Positions 39,636 to 49,694 of a stretch of DNA of 64,000 nucleotides are shown piece by piece (within the stretch, counting starts at the first letter, position 1; every line of letters begins with the position of its first letter). The position numbers and the translations under genes were made by a program. Location of the stretch: contig JAKFCY010000002.1 of NCBI GenBank assembly GCA_036676395.1, forward strand, positions 480,001 to 544,000, given 5' to 3'. The notes under the pieces were generated by a model. The model was not told the DNA's origin. It ran no database searches and was given only the letters and a program-made list of their open reading frames with translations. The DNA is from Bdellovibrio sp. (GTDB lineage Bacteria > Bdellovibrionota > Bdellovibrionia > Bdellovibrionales > Bdellovibrionaceae).

Positions 39636-40878
39636 ATGGTTAGTCTTCTTATCATTACAGCTTCCATTAATAGCAAGTGCGCAAAATTTTGAGTTTGCGT
39701 TCAGTTATGAAGCGTATTTATTTGGTGAGCAGCGTGATTATGCAGATTCAGTTTTAAATCTGGGAAATGAAGTTTTAAATGTGCCTGAAACAGCAGGTTT
39801 TTTAGATCAGCGCGCTGAATTTAAGTGGTTAATTAATGATGCAAAGATTATTCTTCGTCCAAGAATAGTTTCGTACCAGCAAAATTATAAAACTGAACAG
39901 ACGTTAAAGGAAGAATCGCAAAGTGACACGGAGATTAATTTAGCCGATGCATTTTACGAACAGTATATCACTGACCGTATTTTTACCACTGTAGGTTTGC
40001 AGGTTTACCAATGGGGACCAGCTGAAGTTTTAAATCCGTCAAATCCATTTTTTCATTTTAACACTAATCAGCGAAGTCTTGTGTACAAAGAAAAAGGCAA
40101 AGCACTGCTGCGATTAAATTGGAATGCCAAAGTCGATAACAACTTTGTTTTTATGGTAGAACCAGTTTCAAATAACGAAACCCACTGGATTGCAGAAGAA
40201 AAATTTAAACCGCAGGTTGCAGCAAAATTTGAAACGGCATGGACAGGTACGAGAAATTTCTTAGGCTTTGTGGCTGGAATTCCTGATAATGCTGATTTTT
40301 TTATCGGCGAATATTTTCAATATGAATTTACCGAAGGTTTTAGTATTTACGCTGACGCTAAACACGGTGTGAATACCTTTTTCTATGAGCCACAAACGCA
40401 AGGTTTGTTTCAACGAATGTTGCCGAGCAATCAAGACGGAACAGTGAGTACGTTAGCGGTAGGTGGACTTCGTTATGAAGATACTTTTGATGCACGTTTA
40501 GAATATATTTACAATTCAGCAGGATACGATCAAAAAACTTTTGATAGCGCATTGATCGGAAGTTCTCAGCTTTCGCCTTTTTTAGTTGATAACATTAAAC
40601 GCTTTCAATTCTCTGGATTGGAACTGTTTAGCCAAAACTACGTTTATTTTTCGGTTAGAAAAACGGATCCCTTTGATATTAAAGATTTGAGTTTATTTTT
40701 TAGATCTTTGACATCATTAATGGATAGTTCGGGTGTTGAACAATTTGAATTCGATAAATCAGTTTTAGACTGGGCAAATATCTTTGGCCAATACTCTGCT
40801 TATCGCGGGGAGCAAGATAGCGAATTTAAATTAGTTGATGATTGGAAAGTCTCTGCTGGTGTAAAAGTTATTTATTAG
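39628..40878 (+). CDS. Putative outer-membrane beta-barrel protein
   Basis: Signal peptide; GLQVYQWG...NP motif; alternating aromatic strands; terminal aromatic residue (VKVIY). Confidence 0.7.
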   Translation: MCKWLVFLSLQLPLIASAQNFEFAFSYEAYLFGEQRDYADSVLNLGNEVLNVPETAGFLDQRAEFKWLINDAKIILRPRIVSYQQNYKTEQTLKEESQSDTEINLADAFYEQYITDRIFTTVGLQVYQWGPAEVLNPSNPFFHFNTNQRSLVYKEKGKALLRLNWNAKVDNNFVFMVEPVSNNETHWIAEEKFKPQVAAKFETAWTGTRNFLGFVAGIPDNADFFIGEYFQYEFTEGFSIYADAKHGVNTFFYEPQTQGLFQRMLPSNQDGTVSTLAVGGLRYEDTFDARLEYIYNSAGYDQKTFDSALIGSSQLSPFLVDNIKRFQFSGLELFSQNYVYFSVRKTDPFDIKDLSLFFRSLTSLMDSSGVEQFEFDKSVLDWANIFGQYSAYRGEQDSEFKLVDDWKVSAGVKVIY

Positions 40879-41644
40879 AAATAATTTTTTCTACGATTTC
40901 GCAAAAGCCATGGCCTGATTCAGCGGGCGAAACGTAAGCTGGAAGATGTTTCATTTGCGTGGAAAAATTACGAACGTTCGCTACGCCAAACGTGTGATGA
41001 AAATTTTCAAACAAAGGTTCATCATTGGGTGAATCGCCGACATAAGCACACTGTTCTAAAATTTGAGTTTCAGTTAAGCCGAATTCTTTTTGTAATAAAA
41101 GTTTTGCGGTAGTGACCTTATTAAAATCACCAAACCAGCCATTCACATGAATTGAACTTACTTTAGCAGTGGCCCCATGGGCGTGAAAGACATCAACGAT
41201 TTGTTTTATTTCGCTATCTGTTAGACGAGGAATGTCTTCGCAGAAGTCTATGGCTAGATCGTAAATGCGGCAAAATTGATCTGCTGAAATTGCAGCATTA
41301 GGAATTTTCTGTTTAATTTCGGCTGCAATGATTTGCAATTTTTTTTGATTTTCGCTTAAAGTTTTTTCATCGGAAAAATTCCAGCGCTGCATTTTTTTAT
41401 TGAGATAACGATAATACAGGCCGCCATTTTCGCCGATCACTGCATCAATTGGCCAAAAGCGGGCGATCATGTCGCACCAACCAGCCGGACGTCCAGTCAC
41501 AGGAATCACAGTGATACCGTGCTGCTTCAATTTGCTTATTGCAGAGTAAGATTCGCTGCTCAGCTGGCCGTTCGTCGTGATCGTATCATCGATATCGGTA
41601 AGCAAAAATTTGATTTTATGCGCGAATTCAGCAAGGGGCTTCAT
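40868..41644 (-). CDS. HAD-IIB family hydrolase
   Basis: DIDDTIT, VTGR and VGDSPND motifs. Confidence 0.92.
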   Translation of the reverse strand: MKPLAEFAHKIKFLLTDIDDTITTNGQLSSESYSAISKLKQHGITVIPVTGRPAGWCDMIARFWPIDAVIGENGGLYYRYLNKKMQRWNFSDEKTLSENQKKLQIIAAEIKQKIPNAAISADQFCRIYDLAIDFCEDIPRLTDSEIKQIVDVFHAHGATAKVSSIHVNGWFGDFNKVTTAKLLLQKEFGLTETQILEQCAYVGDSPNDEPLFENFHHTFGVANVRNFSTQMKHLPAYVSPAESGHGFCEIVEKIISNK

Positions 41645-41728
41645 TAACGTCCTTAAGAAAGCAGTTGTTTTTTATATGTAGTCACTACATATAATATAGA
41701 CACTCTATCATAAAGGATACAACACACA

Positions 41729-44434
41729 ATGGCTAAAAAAGCTGCAGCATCGGGTGATTCAAGTTCCGGGATTAAGTTAGTTATCGTTGAGTCACCGACG
41801 AAGGCCAAAACAATTCGTAAATTTTTAGGCAAAGATTATATCGTTGAATCTTGCATGGGCCACGTTCGCGATCTGCCACAATCTTCAAAAGATATTCCTG
41901 AAAAAGTTAAAAAAGAAAAATGGGCGCAGTTAGGTGTGAACGTCGATAAAAATTTCGAGCCGTTGTATTGCATTCCGAAAGATAAAGTAAAAGTAATAAA
42001 AAATTTAAAAGATAAACTTGAAGATGCAGATATGCTGTATCTAGCAACCGATGAAGACCGCGAAGGTGAATCGATCAGCTGGCATTTACAAGAAGTTTTA
42101 AAACCACGTGTGCCAACAAAACGCATGGTGTTTCATGAGATCACGAAAGAAGCGATTAATAAGTCGTTAAATGAAACTAGAGAGATTGATTATAACTTAG
42201 TGCGCGCACAAGAAGCCCGCCGTATTTTAGATCGTTTGGTGGGTTACACAATTTCGCCGTTACTTTGGAAAAAAGTTGCTTACGGATTATCTGCAGGACG
42301 CGTGCAATCAGTAGCCGTAAAGCTTATCGTAGATCGCGAAAAAGAGCGCATCCGTTTTAAAAAATCAAATTACTATGGATTAACGGCTTACTTAGATAAA
42401 GCTGGCGAAGGTTTTGAAGCAAAACTTTTAACCGTTGATCAAAAGCGTGTAGCGACAGGTAAAGACTTCGATGGCTTAACGGGCCAGTTAAATGCCGGAA
42501 AAGATGTCTTAGTTCTTGATGCAAAAGCATCGCAAGCTTTAGCTTCAAAAGTACAGGCAGCCGCATGGAAAGTAACTGAAGTTGAAGAAAAACCAGTGCA
42601 CCGCAAGCCTTACGCTCCGTTTATCACTTCGACTTTACAGCAAGAGGCCAATCGTAAACTTGGAATGAGTTCGCGTGAAGCGATGCAAGTGGCGCAAAAA
42701 CTTTACGAGCAAGGTTTCATTACTTATATGCGTACAGATTCTACGTCATTATCACAAGAAGCGATTAAGGCTGCTCGTGAAGCGATCGTTGATAAATACG
42801 GTAAAGATTATTTGCCGGCAGAACCTCGCATTTATAGCGGTAAAAAAGTAAAGGGTGCGCAAGAGGCCCATGAGTGTATTCGTCCGGCGGGAACACAATT
42901 TCAAGATCCAGATGCAACTGGCTTGATTGGTCCGCAATTAAAACTTTATGATTTAATCTGGAAACGCACGATGGCTTCGCAAATGACTGACTCACGTCAA
43001 AAGCAAGTGTCAGCAAAATTATCTGCAGAGAACACGATCTTTAATGCTACGGGCACAACGATTGAGTTTCCGGGATTTTTACGTGCCTACGTTGAAGGTT
43101 CGGATGATCCAGAAGCAGATTTAGAATCTCGCGAAGTGCGTTTACCGCAATTAAAACAAAATGATTCTGTTAAGGCGCAAAAAATGGAACCAACTGCACA
43201 TGAAACAAAACCACCAGCGCGTTTTACAGAGGCGTCATTAGTTCAAACGATGGAAAAAGAAGGCATTGGCCGTCCATCAACTTATGCAAGCGTTATCGGT
43301 ACAATCGTAGATCGTGGTTACGTTAAAAAAGTGGGGAATGCTTTAATTCCGACTTTTACAGCAATGGTTGTTTCAAAACTTTTAACAAATCATTTAACTC
43401 AGTATGTGGATTTAGGATTTACTTCAGCGATGGAGTTATCACTGGATAATATCGCCGAAGGTGATTTAAACTGGGAAAAATATTTGAATAGTGTTTACCA
43501 CGGTGATACAGGGCTTCGTGCTTTAGTTTCTAGAGAAGAAGGAAACATTGATCCGGAAACTGCGCGTACAATTAAACTTGATGGTTTAGAAAAATACGAA
43601 TTTCATGTTGGTAAATACGGTGCTTATGTAAAAACAAAAAGAGGCGAAGAATCTTTCAGCGCTTCAATTCCAGATGCAGAAGCTCCGGCTGATGTGACTT
43701 CTGAATCAATTGAAAAATTAATCGAGCAAAAATTAAAAGGTGCCGATTCGTTAGGTGTTGATCCAAAAACCGGTAAAAAGATTTACGTCCTGAATGGCCG
43801 TTATGGCGCTTACGTGCAGTTAGGTGAGAATGATGATGAAGAAATCAAACGTTCAACATTGCCTCCGGGTATGGATCCGATTGCAGTCACTTACGAAATG
43901 GCTTTAGAAATTTTAGCATTACCTAAATCACTAGGATTAAATCCTGGTAACGGCAAAGACATCAAAGCTGGTGTTGGTCGTTTCGGGCCATACGTAGTTT
44001 GTGATGGCGATTACCGTTCGATTCCAAAAACAGAATCAGTTTTCACAATGAATTTAGAAAAGGCGTTAGCCTTATTTGCGATTCCTAAAAAGGGCCGTGG
44101 TAAAGCAGCTGCACTTAAAGAATTTGGTAAACATCCAAATTTTGACGTTGAAGTGAGTTTATTTAATGGACCTTACGGCCCATACTTAAAAGCCGGTAAA
44201 ACAAATGTTGGCTTACCTGAAGATGTGACTGCTGATAACATCACTAAAGAGAAGGCTTTTGAGCTAATGAATGAGAAGTTAGCTGAAGCTGCCCCGAGTA
44301 AAGGTGCAGGTAAAGGCAAAAAAGCAAAGGGTGCAAAAAAACCGGCTAAAACCGTTAAAAAAGCACCAGCTTCTACCGAAAAAGCTGAAGCACCTGCAGC
44401 CAAGAAGAAAGTGATCACTAAAAAGAAGAAATAA
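41729..44434 (+). CDS. topA: DNA topoisomerase I
   Basis: IVESPTKAKTI, ATDEDREGE, SAGRVQS and ITYMRTDS; C-terminal GRYGxY repeats; Lys-rich tail. Confidence 0.98.
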   Translation: MAKKAAASGDSSSGIKLVIVESPTKAKTIRKFLGKDYIVESCMGHVRDLPQSSKDIPEKVKKEKWAQLGVNVDKNFEPLYCIPKDKVKVIKNLKDKLEDADMLYLATDEDREGESISWHLQEVLKPRVPTKRMVFHEITKEAINKSLNETREIDYNLVRAQEARRILDRLVGYTISPLLWKKVAYGLSAGRVQSVAVKLIVDREKERIRFKKSNYYGLTAYLDKAGEGFEAKLLTVDQKRVATGKDFDGLTGQLNAGKDVLVLDAKASQALASKVQAAAWKVTEVEEKPVHRKPYAPFITSTLQQEANRKLGMSSREAMQVAQKLYEQGFITYMRTDSTSLSQEAIKAAREAIVDKYGKDYLPAEPRIYSGKKVKGAQEAHECIRPAGTQFQDPDATGLIGPQLKLYDLIWKRTMASQMTDSRQKQVSAKLSAENTIFNATGTTIEFPGFLRAYVEGSDDPEADLESREVRLPQLKQNDSVKAQKMEPTAHETKPPARFTEASLVQTMEKEGIGRPSTYASVIGTIVDRGYVKKVGNALIPTFTAMVVSKLLTNHLTQYVDLGFTSAMELSLDNIAEGDLNWEKYLNSVYHGDTGLRALVSREEGNIDPETARTIKLDGLEKYEFHVGKYGAYVKTKRGEESFSASIPDAEAPADVTSESIEKLIEQKLKGADSLGVDPKTGKKIYVLNGRYGAYVQLGENDDEEIKRSTLPPGMDPIAVTYEMALEILALPKSLGLNPGNGKDIKAGVGRFGPYVVCDGDYRSIPKTESVFTMNLEKALALFAIPKKGRGKAAALKEFGKHPNFDVEVSLFNGPYGPYLKAGKTNVGLPEDVTADNITKEKAFELMNEKLAEAAPSKGAGKGKKAKGAKKPAKTVKKAPASTEKAEAPAAKKKVITKKKK

Positions 44435-44436
44435 AT

Positions 44437-45339
44437 ATGTCTGACGAAAATAAAAAAGGCCAGCTCGAGCTGGGACAAACAAGATCAAAAGAGCCCGATA
44501 GAAATCTTCATCGCGGCGGTCGAAGTTTTTATTTTTTCGACTTCGATGATAACATTGCTTTTTTAACTACGCCTTTAGTTTTATTTCATAAAGAAACAAA
44601 AGAAGAATTACATTTATCCAGCGCTGAATGGGCCGTGCAGCATTCAAGCATTGGCAAATCAGGCCCCTACGAGCATTACGATATTAATTGGGATGATGTG
44701 AGCGGAACCTTCAGATGTTTTCGTGACGTACAAATCGAAGAGATGGAGCGTTTACAAGGTAAAAAACAAACTTTCGTGCAAGATGTGATGTTAGCCCTGG
44801 GGCATCCAGACGGACAATGGAAAGGCCCTTCGTGGGATTGTTTTTACCATGCAGTATTTAATCAACGTCCGATTTCAGTGATCACAGCACGTGGCCATTC
44901 ATCAGCGACTTTACGTGCGGGTATTTATGAATTCGTAAAAAATGGTCACTTACCTTTAGAGCCAAATTATTTAAGTTTATTCGCCTGCAGTAATAAACAA
45001 GTACGCCAAAGCTTTGGTGATATTGAATTAAAATTGACTACCGCAGAGTTAAAACAAAAGGCCATTCGTGCATCAGTTGAACGCGCGATTGAAGTTTATG
45101 GTTATAGTCCACATCACCGTTTTGGTATGAGTGATGATGATCCACGAAATATCCAATTGATCGTGGAAGAAATGACTCGACTAAAGTCGCAATACCCAGA
45201 GATGTCGTTTTTCATGATCGAGACTCATGGTGGGGATTTCGTGAAACACGAGATTTCGCAGCACGGCTTATTAACGCCACTCGTAAATGATGGTCTAGAG
45301 CAACTAGATTTATTTGATCAGCTCTCTAAACGAAAATAG
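44437..45339 (+). CDS. HAD-superfamily-like hypothetical protein
   Basis: FFDFDDNI (DxD), ITARGH and GMSDDD motifs. Confidence 0.65.
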   Translation: MSDENKKGQLELGQTRSKEPDRNLHRGGRSFYFFDFDDNIAFLTTPLVLFHKETKEELHLSSAEWAVQHSSIGKSGPYEHYDINWDDVSGTFRCFRDVQIEEMERLQGKKQTFVQDVMLALGHPDGQWKGPSWDCFYHAVFNQRPISVITARGHSSATLRAGIYEFVKNGHLPLEPNYLSLFACSNKQVRQSFGDIELKLTTAELKQKAIRASVERAIEVYGYSPHHRFGMSDDDPRNIQLIVEEMTRLKSQYPEMSFFMIETHGGDFVKHEISQHGLLTPLVNDGLEQLDLFDQLSKRK

Positions 45340-45517
45340 TTTATTTAAACAAACTGATTCGGATTAAGACACTTTATAAAAATCACTTAACATAATACTT
45401 GTTTACAGGTTCAGACGAAGGGCATAACTGCCAATATTGTCTGCACTCTTATCAAGAGTAGGTCTATAATAACCGTTAGTATATTGTAGTACTAAACAGT
45501 TAAGGAAGCACTTACCT

Positions 45518-47554
45518 ATGAAATCACAAAAGTATTTATTGGCGGCCGCAGCAGCAGTTCTGGCATTGTCTTATGCACAACCAGAAGCGCAAGCGCAGAT
45601 CTTTGATTTTAATAAAACATTAGATTGTAACTGGGTAGACCCCATTCAATCAGCGTATTTAGCAAATCACTTAACTTATAAAAGCGAAGATGCAGAATTG
45701 CAAAAGCGTGTAGTTGAGCAATACATCAAACGCCAAGACCCGGCTAAAATTTATTTAGTTCAAAGCGATGTTGATCAAATCAAAGGAACTTTGAAAAATC
45801 TTTTTGAATCTTTAAAAAAGAAAGATTGTAAATTTATCGCTTCGATTCAAGACACCGTGTTAAAACGCGCTGGTGAAAGAGTTGAATTCGTTAAAACTTA
45901 CTTAGGAAAAGATTTTAAATTTAATAAAGACACTGAGTTTGTTTATGATCCAGATAAAAAGGATTACCCAAAAACTCAAAAAGAAGCTGAAGAATTTTTA
46001 GCTAAATATGTGCAGTTTCAAGTAGCCAACTACTTAGCAACTGATATCAAACTTGATGAAGCTAAAACGCGCGTAATTAAAAACTACGAAAGAAATTTAA
46101 AACGTCTAAAAGAAATCAAATACGATGATTTAGTAGCTAATTACTTAAATTCATTCGCATTGGCTTTAGATCCGCATTCATCTTTTTTCAGCAAAGATTA
46201 CTATGAAGATTTTAATATCGACATGAAATTAAAATTAGAAGGTATCGGAGCCACGTTATCTCAGGATGATGGTTTTACAACTATTGAAGCTTTAGTCACT
46301 GGTGGAGCTGCGGCGAAATCTGGTCAATTAGAGCCAAAAGATAAAATCGTTGCCGTGAGTAAAGGTAACAAAATGGAAAACGTTGTCGATATGGAATTAA
46401 AAGATGTCGTGAAACTTATCCGCGGACCTAAAGGCACAAAAGTAAAATTATCTATTTTACGCAAAGAAGCTTCGGGTAATAAAAAATTCGAAGTTGAATT
46501 AACTCGTGAAGTTATCGCTTTAGAAGACAACGCGATCACAATTTATTACCAAGATAAAGTGATCAACGGCGAAACTAAAAAAATCGGTATTATTAACTTT
46601 CCATCTTTCTATGCTGACTCTGGTAAAGGCGGAAAAACATCTTCTGCTGATATGAGAAAAGTTTTAGCTGATGCTAGAGCTAAAAAAGCAGACGGGATCG
46701 TGATCGATCTTTCGAACAACGGTGGTGGATCATTGGATGACGCTGTCAAAATCGGTGGTATGTTTATCAAAACCGGTAACATCGTAAAACAATCTTCACG
46801 TCGTGGCGCTGAAACTCCGTTAGCTGACACAGATGAAAAAGTTGACTGGGATGGACCTGTAGTTGTGTTAACATCACGTGTATCGGCTTCAGCTTCTGAA
46901 ATTTTATCAGGTGCTTTAAAAGATTATAACCGCGCAGTCATTGTTGGTGGAGATCACACTTACGGTAAAGGTTCGATCCAAACAGTTCTTCCGATTCCGG
47001 GTGAACTTGGAGCTTTAAAAGTAACTATCGGTATGTTTTTTATTCCGGGTGGATATTCAACACAACATAAAGGTGTTGATGCAGATATCGTTTTCCCGTC
47101 TCCGTACCATGTGGATGATATCGGTGAAAAATCAATGGATTATTCATTGCCTCCGAAAAAGATCGACCAGTTTGTTTCTAAAGAAGCGGCAGTTGGTAAA
47201 GGCGAAGGCCAATGGAACACGATTAAGCCTGAATGGATTAAGTCTTTAAAACAACGCGCTGATGAGCGCATTGGTAAAAATGACGAATTCAAAAAAATTA
47301 CTGAAGAGTTAGAAAAAACTAAAAAACTAGGTAAAACAATTAAAGTGGCTGAAATCGTAAAAGAAAAAGATAAAACTGAAAAAGAAAAAGCCAAAGCTAA
47401 AAAGGCAAACAAGTACGCTGCTAAAGCCGAAAAAGAAAAAGAATACTTAAAACGCCCTGAAGTTCAGGAAGCGGCTAACATCTTAGGGGATTTAATCATC
47501 CTTGAAGAAGGCAAAGTTAAGGATTTAACTAAGCTTACAAACGCAGTTAACTAA
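45518..47554 (+). CDS. Carboxy-terminal processing protease (S41A, Prc/Tsp-like)
   Basis: Signal peptide; DPHS; PDZ GIGA; DLSNNGGGSL; SASASEI; TYGKGSIQ. Confidence 0.94.
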   Translation: MKSQKYLLAAAAAVLALSYAQPEAQAQIFDFNKTLDCNWVDPIQSAYLANHLTYKSEDAELQKRVVEQYIKRQDPAKIYLVQSDVDQIKGTLKNLFESLKKKDCKFIASIQDTVLKRAGERVEFVKTYLGKDFKFNKDTEFVYDPDKKDYPKTQKEAEEFLAKYVQFQVANYLATDIKLDEAKTRVIKNYERNLKRLKEIKYDDLVANYLNSFALALDPHSSFFSKDYYEDFNIDMKLKLEGIGATLSQDDGFTTIEALVTGGAAAKSGQLEPKDKIVAVSKGNKMENVVDMELKDVVKLIRGPKGTKVKLSILRKEASGNKKFEVELTREVIALEDNAITIYYQDKVINGETKKIGIINFPSFYADSGKGGKTSSADMRKVLADARAKKADGIVIDLSNNGGGSLDDAVKIGGMFIKTGNIVKQSSRRGAETPLADTDEKVDWDGPVVVLTSRVSASASEILSGALKDYNRAVIVGGDHTYGKGSIQTVLPIPGELGALKVTIGMFFIPGGYSTQHKGVDADIVFPSPYHVDDIGEKSMDYSLPPKKIDQFVSKEAAVGKGEGQWNTIKPEWIKSLKQRADERIGKNDEFKKITEELEKTKKLGKTIKVAEIVKEKDKTEKEKAKAKKANKYAAKAEKEKEYLKRPEVQEAANILGDLIILEEGKVKDLTKLTNAVN

Positions 47555-47617
47555 AAGGTAGGGCATGCAGCCCGCACCGTCCCTTTTTGGGGAGCGGCGT
47601 ATAAATTTAGATTCTTG

Positions 47618-47648
47618 AAAAGGAGAGTGTAATAACTCTCCTTTTTTT
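47618..47648 (+). terminator. Intrinsic terminator
   Basis: aaaaggagagt...actctccttttttt. Confidence 0.8.
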
Positions 47649-47661
47649 ATAGGATTTAGTA

Positions 47662-48195
47662 ATGTATCGAATTCATATTTTAGGCGCATCAGGTTCTGGG
47701 GTTTCTACGTTAGGTGAAAGTATTGGGCGTCGTCTCGATATTTCTGTATTTGATTGTGATTCGTATTACTGGGAAAAAACCAACCCGCCGTTTTTAAAAG
47801 CTACGCCTATTCCTGATCGACAGAAAACATTGCTTACGGATCTAACGTCACACGAATCATGGGTATGTACAGGTTCTATGGATTCTTGGAGTGAGCCGTT
47901 TGAAAGTCTTTTTACTCATATTGTATTTTTGTATGTTCCAAGCGAAGTTCGAGTTAGTCGCCTTCGCGCGCGTGAAAAAAAGCTTTGGGGTGCACGAATC
48001 TCTGAAGGTGGAGATATGCATGTTGAACATGAAAAATTCATGGCTTGGGCCGCTCAGTATGATGAGGGGTTGAAGAATGGACGAAGCCTTCCGCGACATG
48101 AAGCATGGCTTGCGAAACAGCGTGCGCCAATCCTTCATATTGAGGGAGAATTAGGTTTTGAAGAGGCTCTTAATCGAGTTCTAAATTTTATTTAG
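47662..48195 (+). CDS. P-loop kinase (adenylate-kinase-like)
   Basis: GASGSGVSTL; DSYYW. Confidence 0.8.
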   Translation: MYRIHILGASGSGVSTLGESIGRRLDISVFDCDSYYWEKTNPPFLKATPIPDRQKTLLTDLTSHESWVCTGSMDSWSEPFESLFTHIVFLYVPSEVRVSRLRAREKKLWGARISEGGDMHVEHEKFMAWAAQYDEGLKNGRSLPRHEAWLAKQRAPILHIEGELGFEEALNRVLNFI

Positions 48196-48211
48196 TTTTT
48201 ATATGTGTGCT

Positions 48212-48235
48212 TTAAGCCGGAAGTTGATCGTCGTC
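48212..48235 (+). repeat. Dispersed 24-bp intergenic repeat, copy 2
   Basis: ttaagccggaagttgatcgtcgtc; 21/24 identical to 20953-20976. Confidence 0.65.
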
Positions 48236-48248
48236 AGTGTGCAACAAT

Positions 48249-48578
48249 TTAATCGACGATGAAGAGCTTAGCTCCGGCAGTCGTTGAAGATTTATGGGCC
48301 TCTGCGTCCGTTGCAACTTGATAACTCACTCCAGGAGTCATCGTGAATTTTCGGCCGTCTTTCAGTTCGGTGACGAGTTCACCTTCCATAACTAGTAAGA
48401 CATGTCCGCGCGAGCACCAATGATCAGCGACATAGTTTGCTGTGTATTCGACCATTCTGACCCGGATATTGCCGACCTCAATAGTTTTCCAAATGGCCAT
48501 TCCTGTTTCACCTTTATGTTCGGTGCGCGGAACTTTGCTCCAGTCTGTTGTCATAAACGGAACATCTTGAATTTTCAT
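48249..48578 (-). CDS. DHCW-motif cupin-fold protein
   Basis: ADHWCSRGH; HKGETG; KLFIVD. Confidence 0.92.
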   Translation of the reverse strand: MKIQDVPFMTTDWSKVPRTEHKGETGMAIWKTIEVGNIRVRMVEYTANYVADHWCSRGHVLLVMEGELVTELKDGRKFTMTPGVSYQVATDAEAHKSSTTAGAKLFIVD

Positions 48579-49147
48579 AAATGTCCTTTCAGTTTTAAAG
48601 GTTTTACTGATTCGAAAACTTTTTCAGATATTTCTTTTCCAGCAAGTCTTTCAATCATCCAAAGGGCTAAACGATCTCCAGATAAACACCGCGCTCCCGT
48701 GGCGATGTTTCCTTCAGCAACAAAAGGCTCTTGAACGGCATTCACACCCATACTCGCGAGAAGATCATGAGCCGTTGGGTATGTTGTGGCCTTTTTATTT
48801 TGAAGTAAACCGAGAGCTGCCAAAAGCAGTGCGCCTGAGTCGACAGCTGCGATAACTTGCTTGGTTTCATCGAGTTTAAAGTTGGCAAGAAATTTTTTGT
48901 CTTGGATGAGCTCTCTAGATTCATAACCGCTGCAGAAAAAGACGGCGTCACATTCATTTGCAAAACTGTAGAATTTTGTCGGCTGAAGATCGAGGCCTGC
49001 AGCTGATTTAATTTTGGAATCATCACCAAGAATTTCAACCTGCCAGTTTTCCTGTAGGCCCATAAGACGAACTCTGTTGAGAAGATCCCACGGTAAATAG
49101 AAATCTAAGTCGGTGAATTTATTAAAAATAACAATGCCGATTTTCAT
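48575..49147 (-). CDS. DJ-1/PfpI family protein
   Basis: FTDLD..LPWDLL; GALLLAALGLL..KKATT; the usual nucleophile Cys position reads D. Confidence 0.85.
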   Translation of the reverse strand: MKIGIVIFNKFTDLDFYLPWDLLNRVRLMGLQENWQVEILGDDSKIKSAAGLDLQPTKFYSFANECDAVFFCSGYESRELIQDKKFLANFKLDETKQVIAAVDSGALLLAALGLLQNKKATTYPTAHDLLASMGVNAVQEPFVAEGNIATGARCLSGDRLALWMIERLAGKEISEKVFESVKPLKLKGHL

Positions 49148-49620
49148 ATTTTTTCAGTTCTCTTGTAAATATCGTTGTTTTTAATTTCTAACCAATTTTG
49201 TGGGGCCTTTGTCACTTCGAAGCCGAATTTTTGATAAAGTTCGTGTGCATCTTTTGTGGCTAAACAAATGCGGCGTAAGCTTTGGAGCGCAGGATGGGCC
49301 ATCACGCAGTTCATAAGCCACTTTGCAAGGCCAAGTTTGCGAAAATCGTTTTCGATATACACATCACAAATCCAAGCAAAGCTTGCATAGTCAGTAACGA
49401 TGCGGGCAAAGCCAATTTGTTCTTTGTTGTTGCCGTATATTTGATAAACTCCAAAACATAATGAATTTTCAATTCCGCATGTGACGATGTCTAGCGGAAT
49501 GCCTGGTGACCAATAAGAATCTACAGAGAGAAAATTGTGGATCTTGGGGATTTGTAAAAATGATTTATCAGTGCTGATCAGGAAATTGTCTTTTTCCCAA
49601 CTTTGAATTTCGGTTTTCAT
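49144..49620 (-). CDS. GNAT-family N-acetyltransferase
   Basis: QIGFARIVTD, DVYI..FRKLGLAK and LYQKFGF. Confidence 0.92.
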   Translation of the reverse strand: MKTEIQSWEKDNFLISTDKSFLQIPKIHNFLSVDSYWSPGIPLDIVTCGIENSLCFGVYQIYGNNKEQIGFARIVTDYASFAWICDVYIENDFRKLGLAKWLMNCVMAHPALQSLRRICLATKDAHELYQKFGFEVTKAPQNWLEIKNNDIYKRTEKI

Positions 49621-49694
49621 GTTTTCGATTCTACAATAATAAACACATAGTTTTCACTGTTCCTTTTATGATTTACTGTGCCATACTTCACCTT

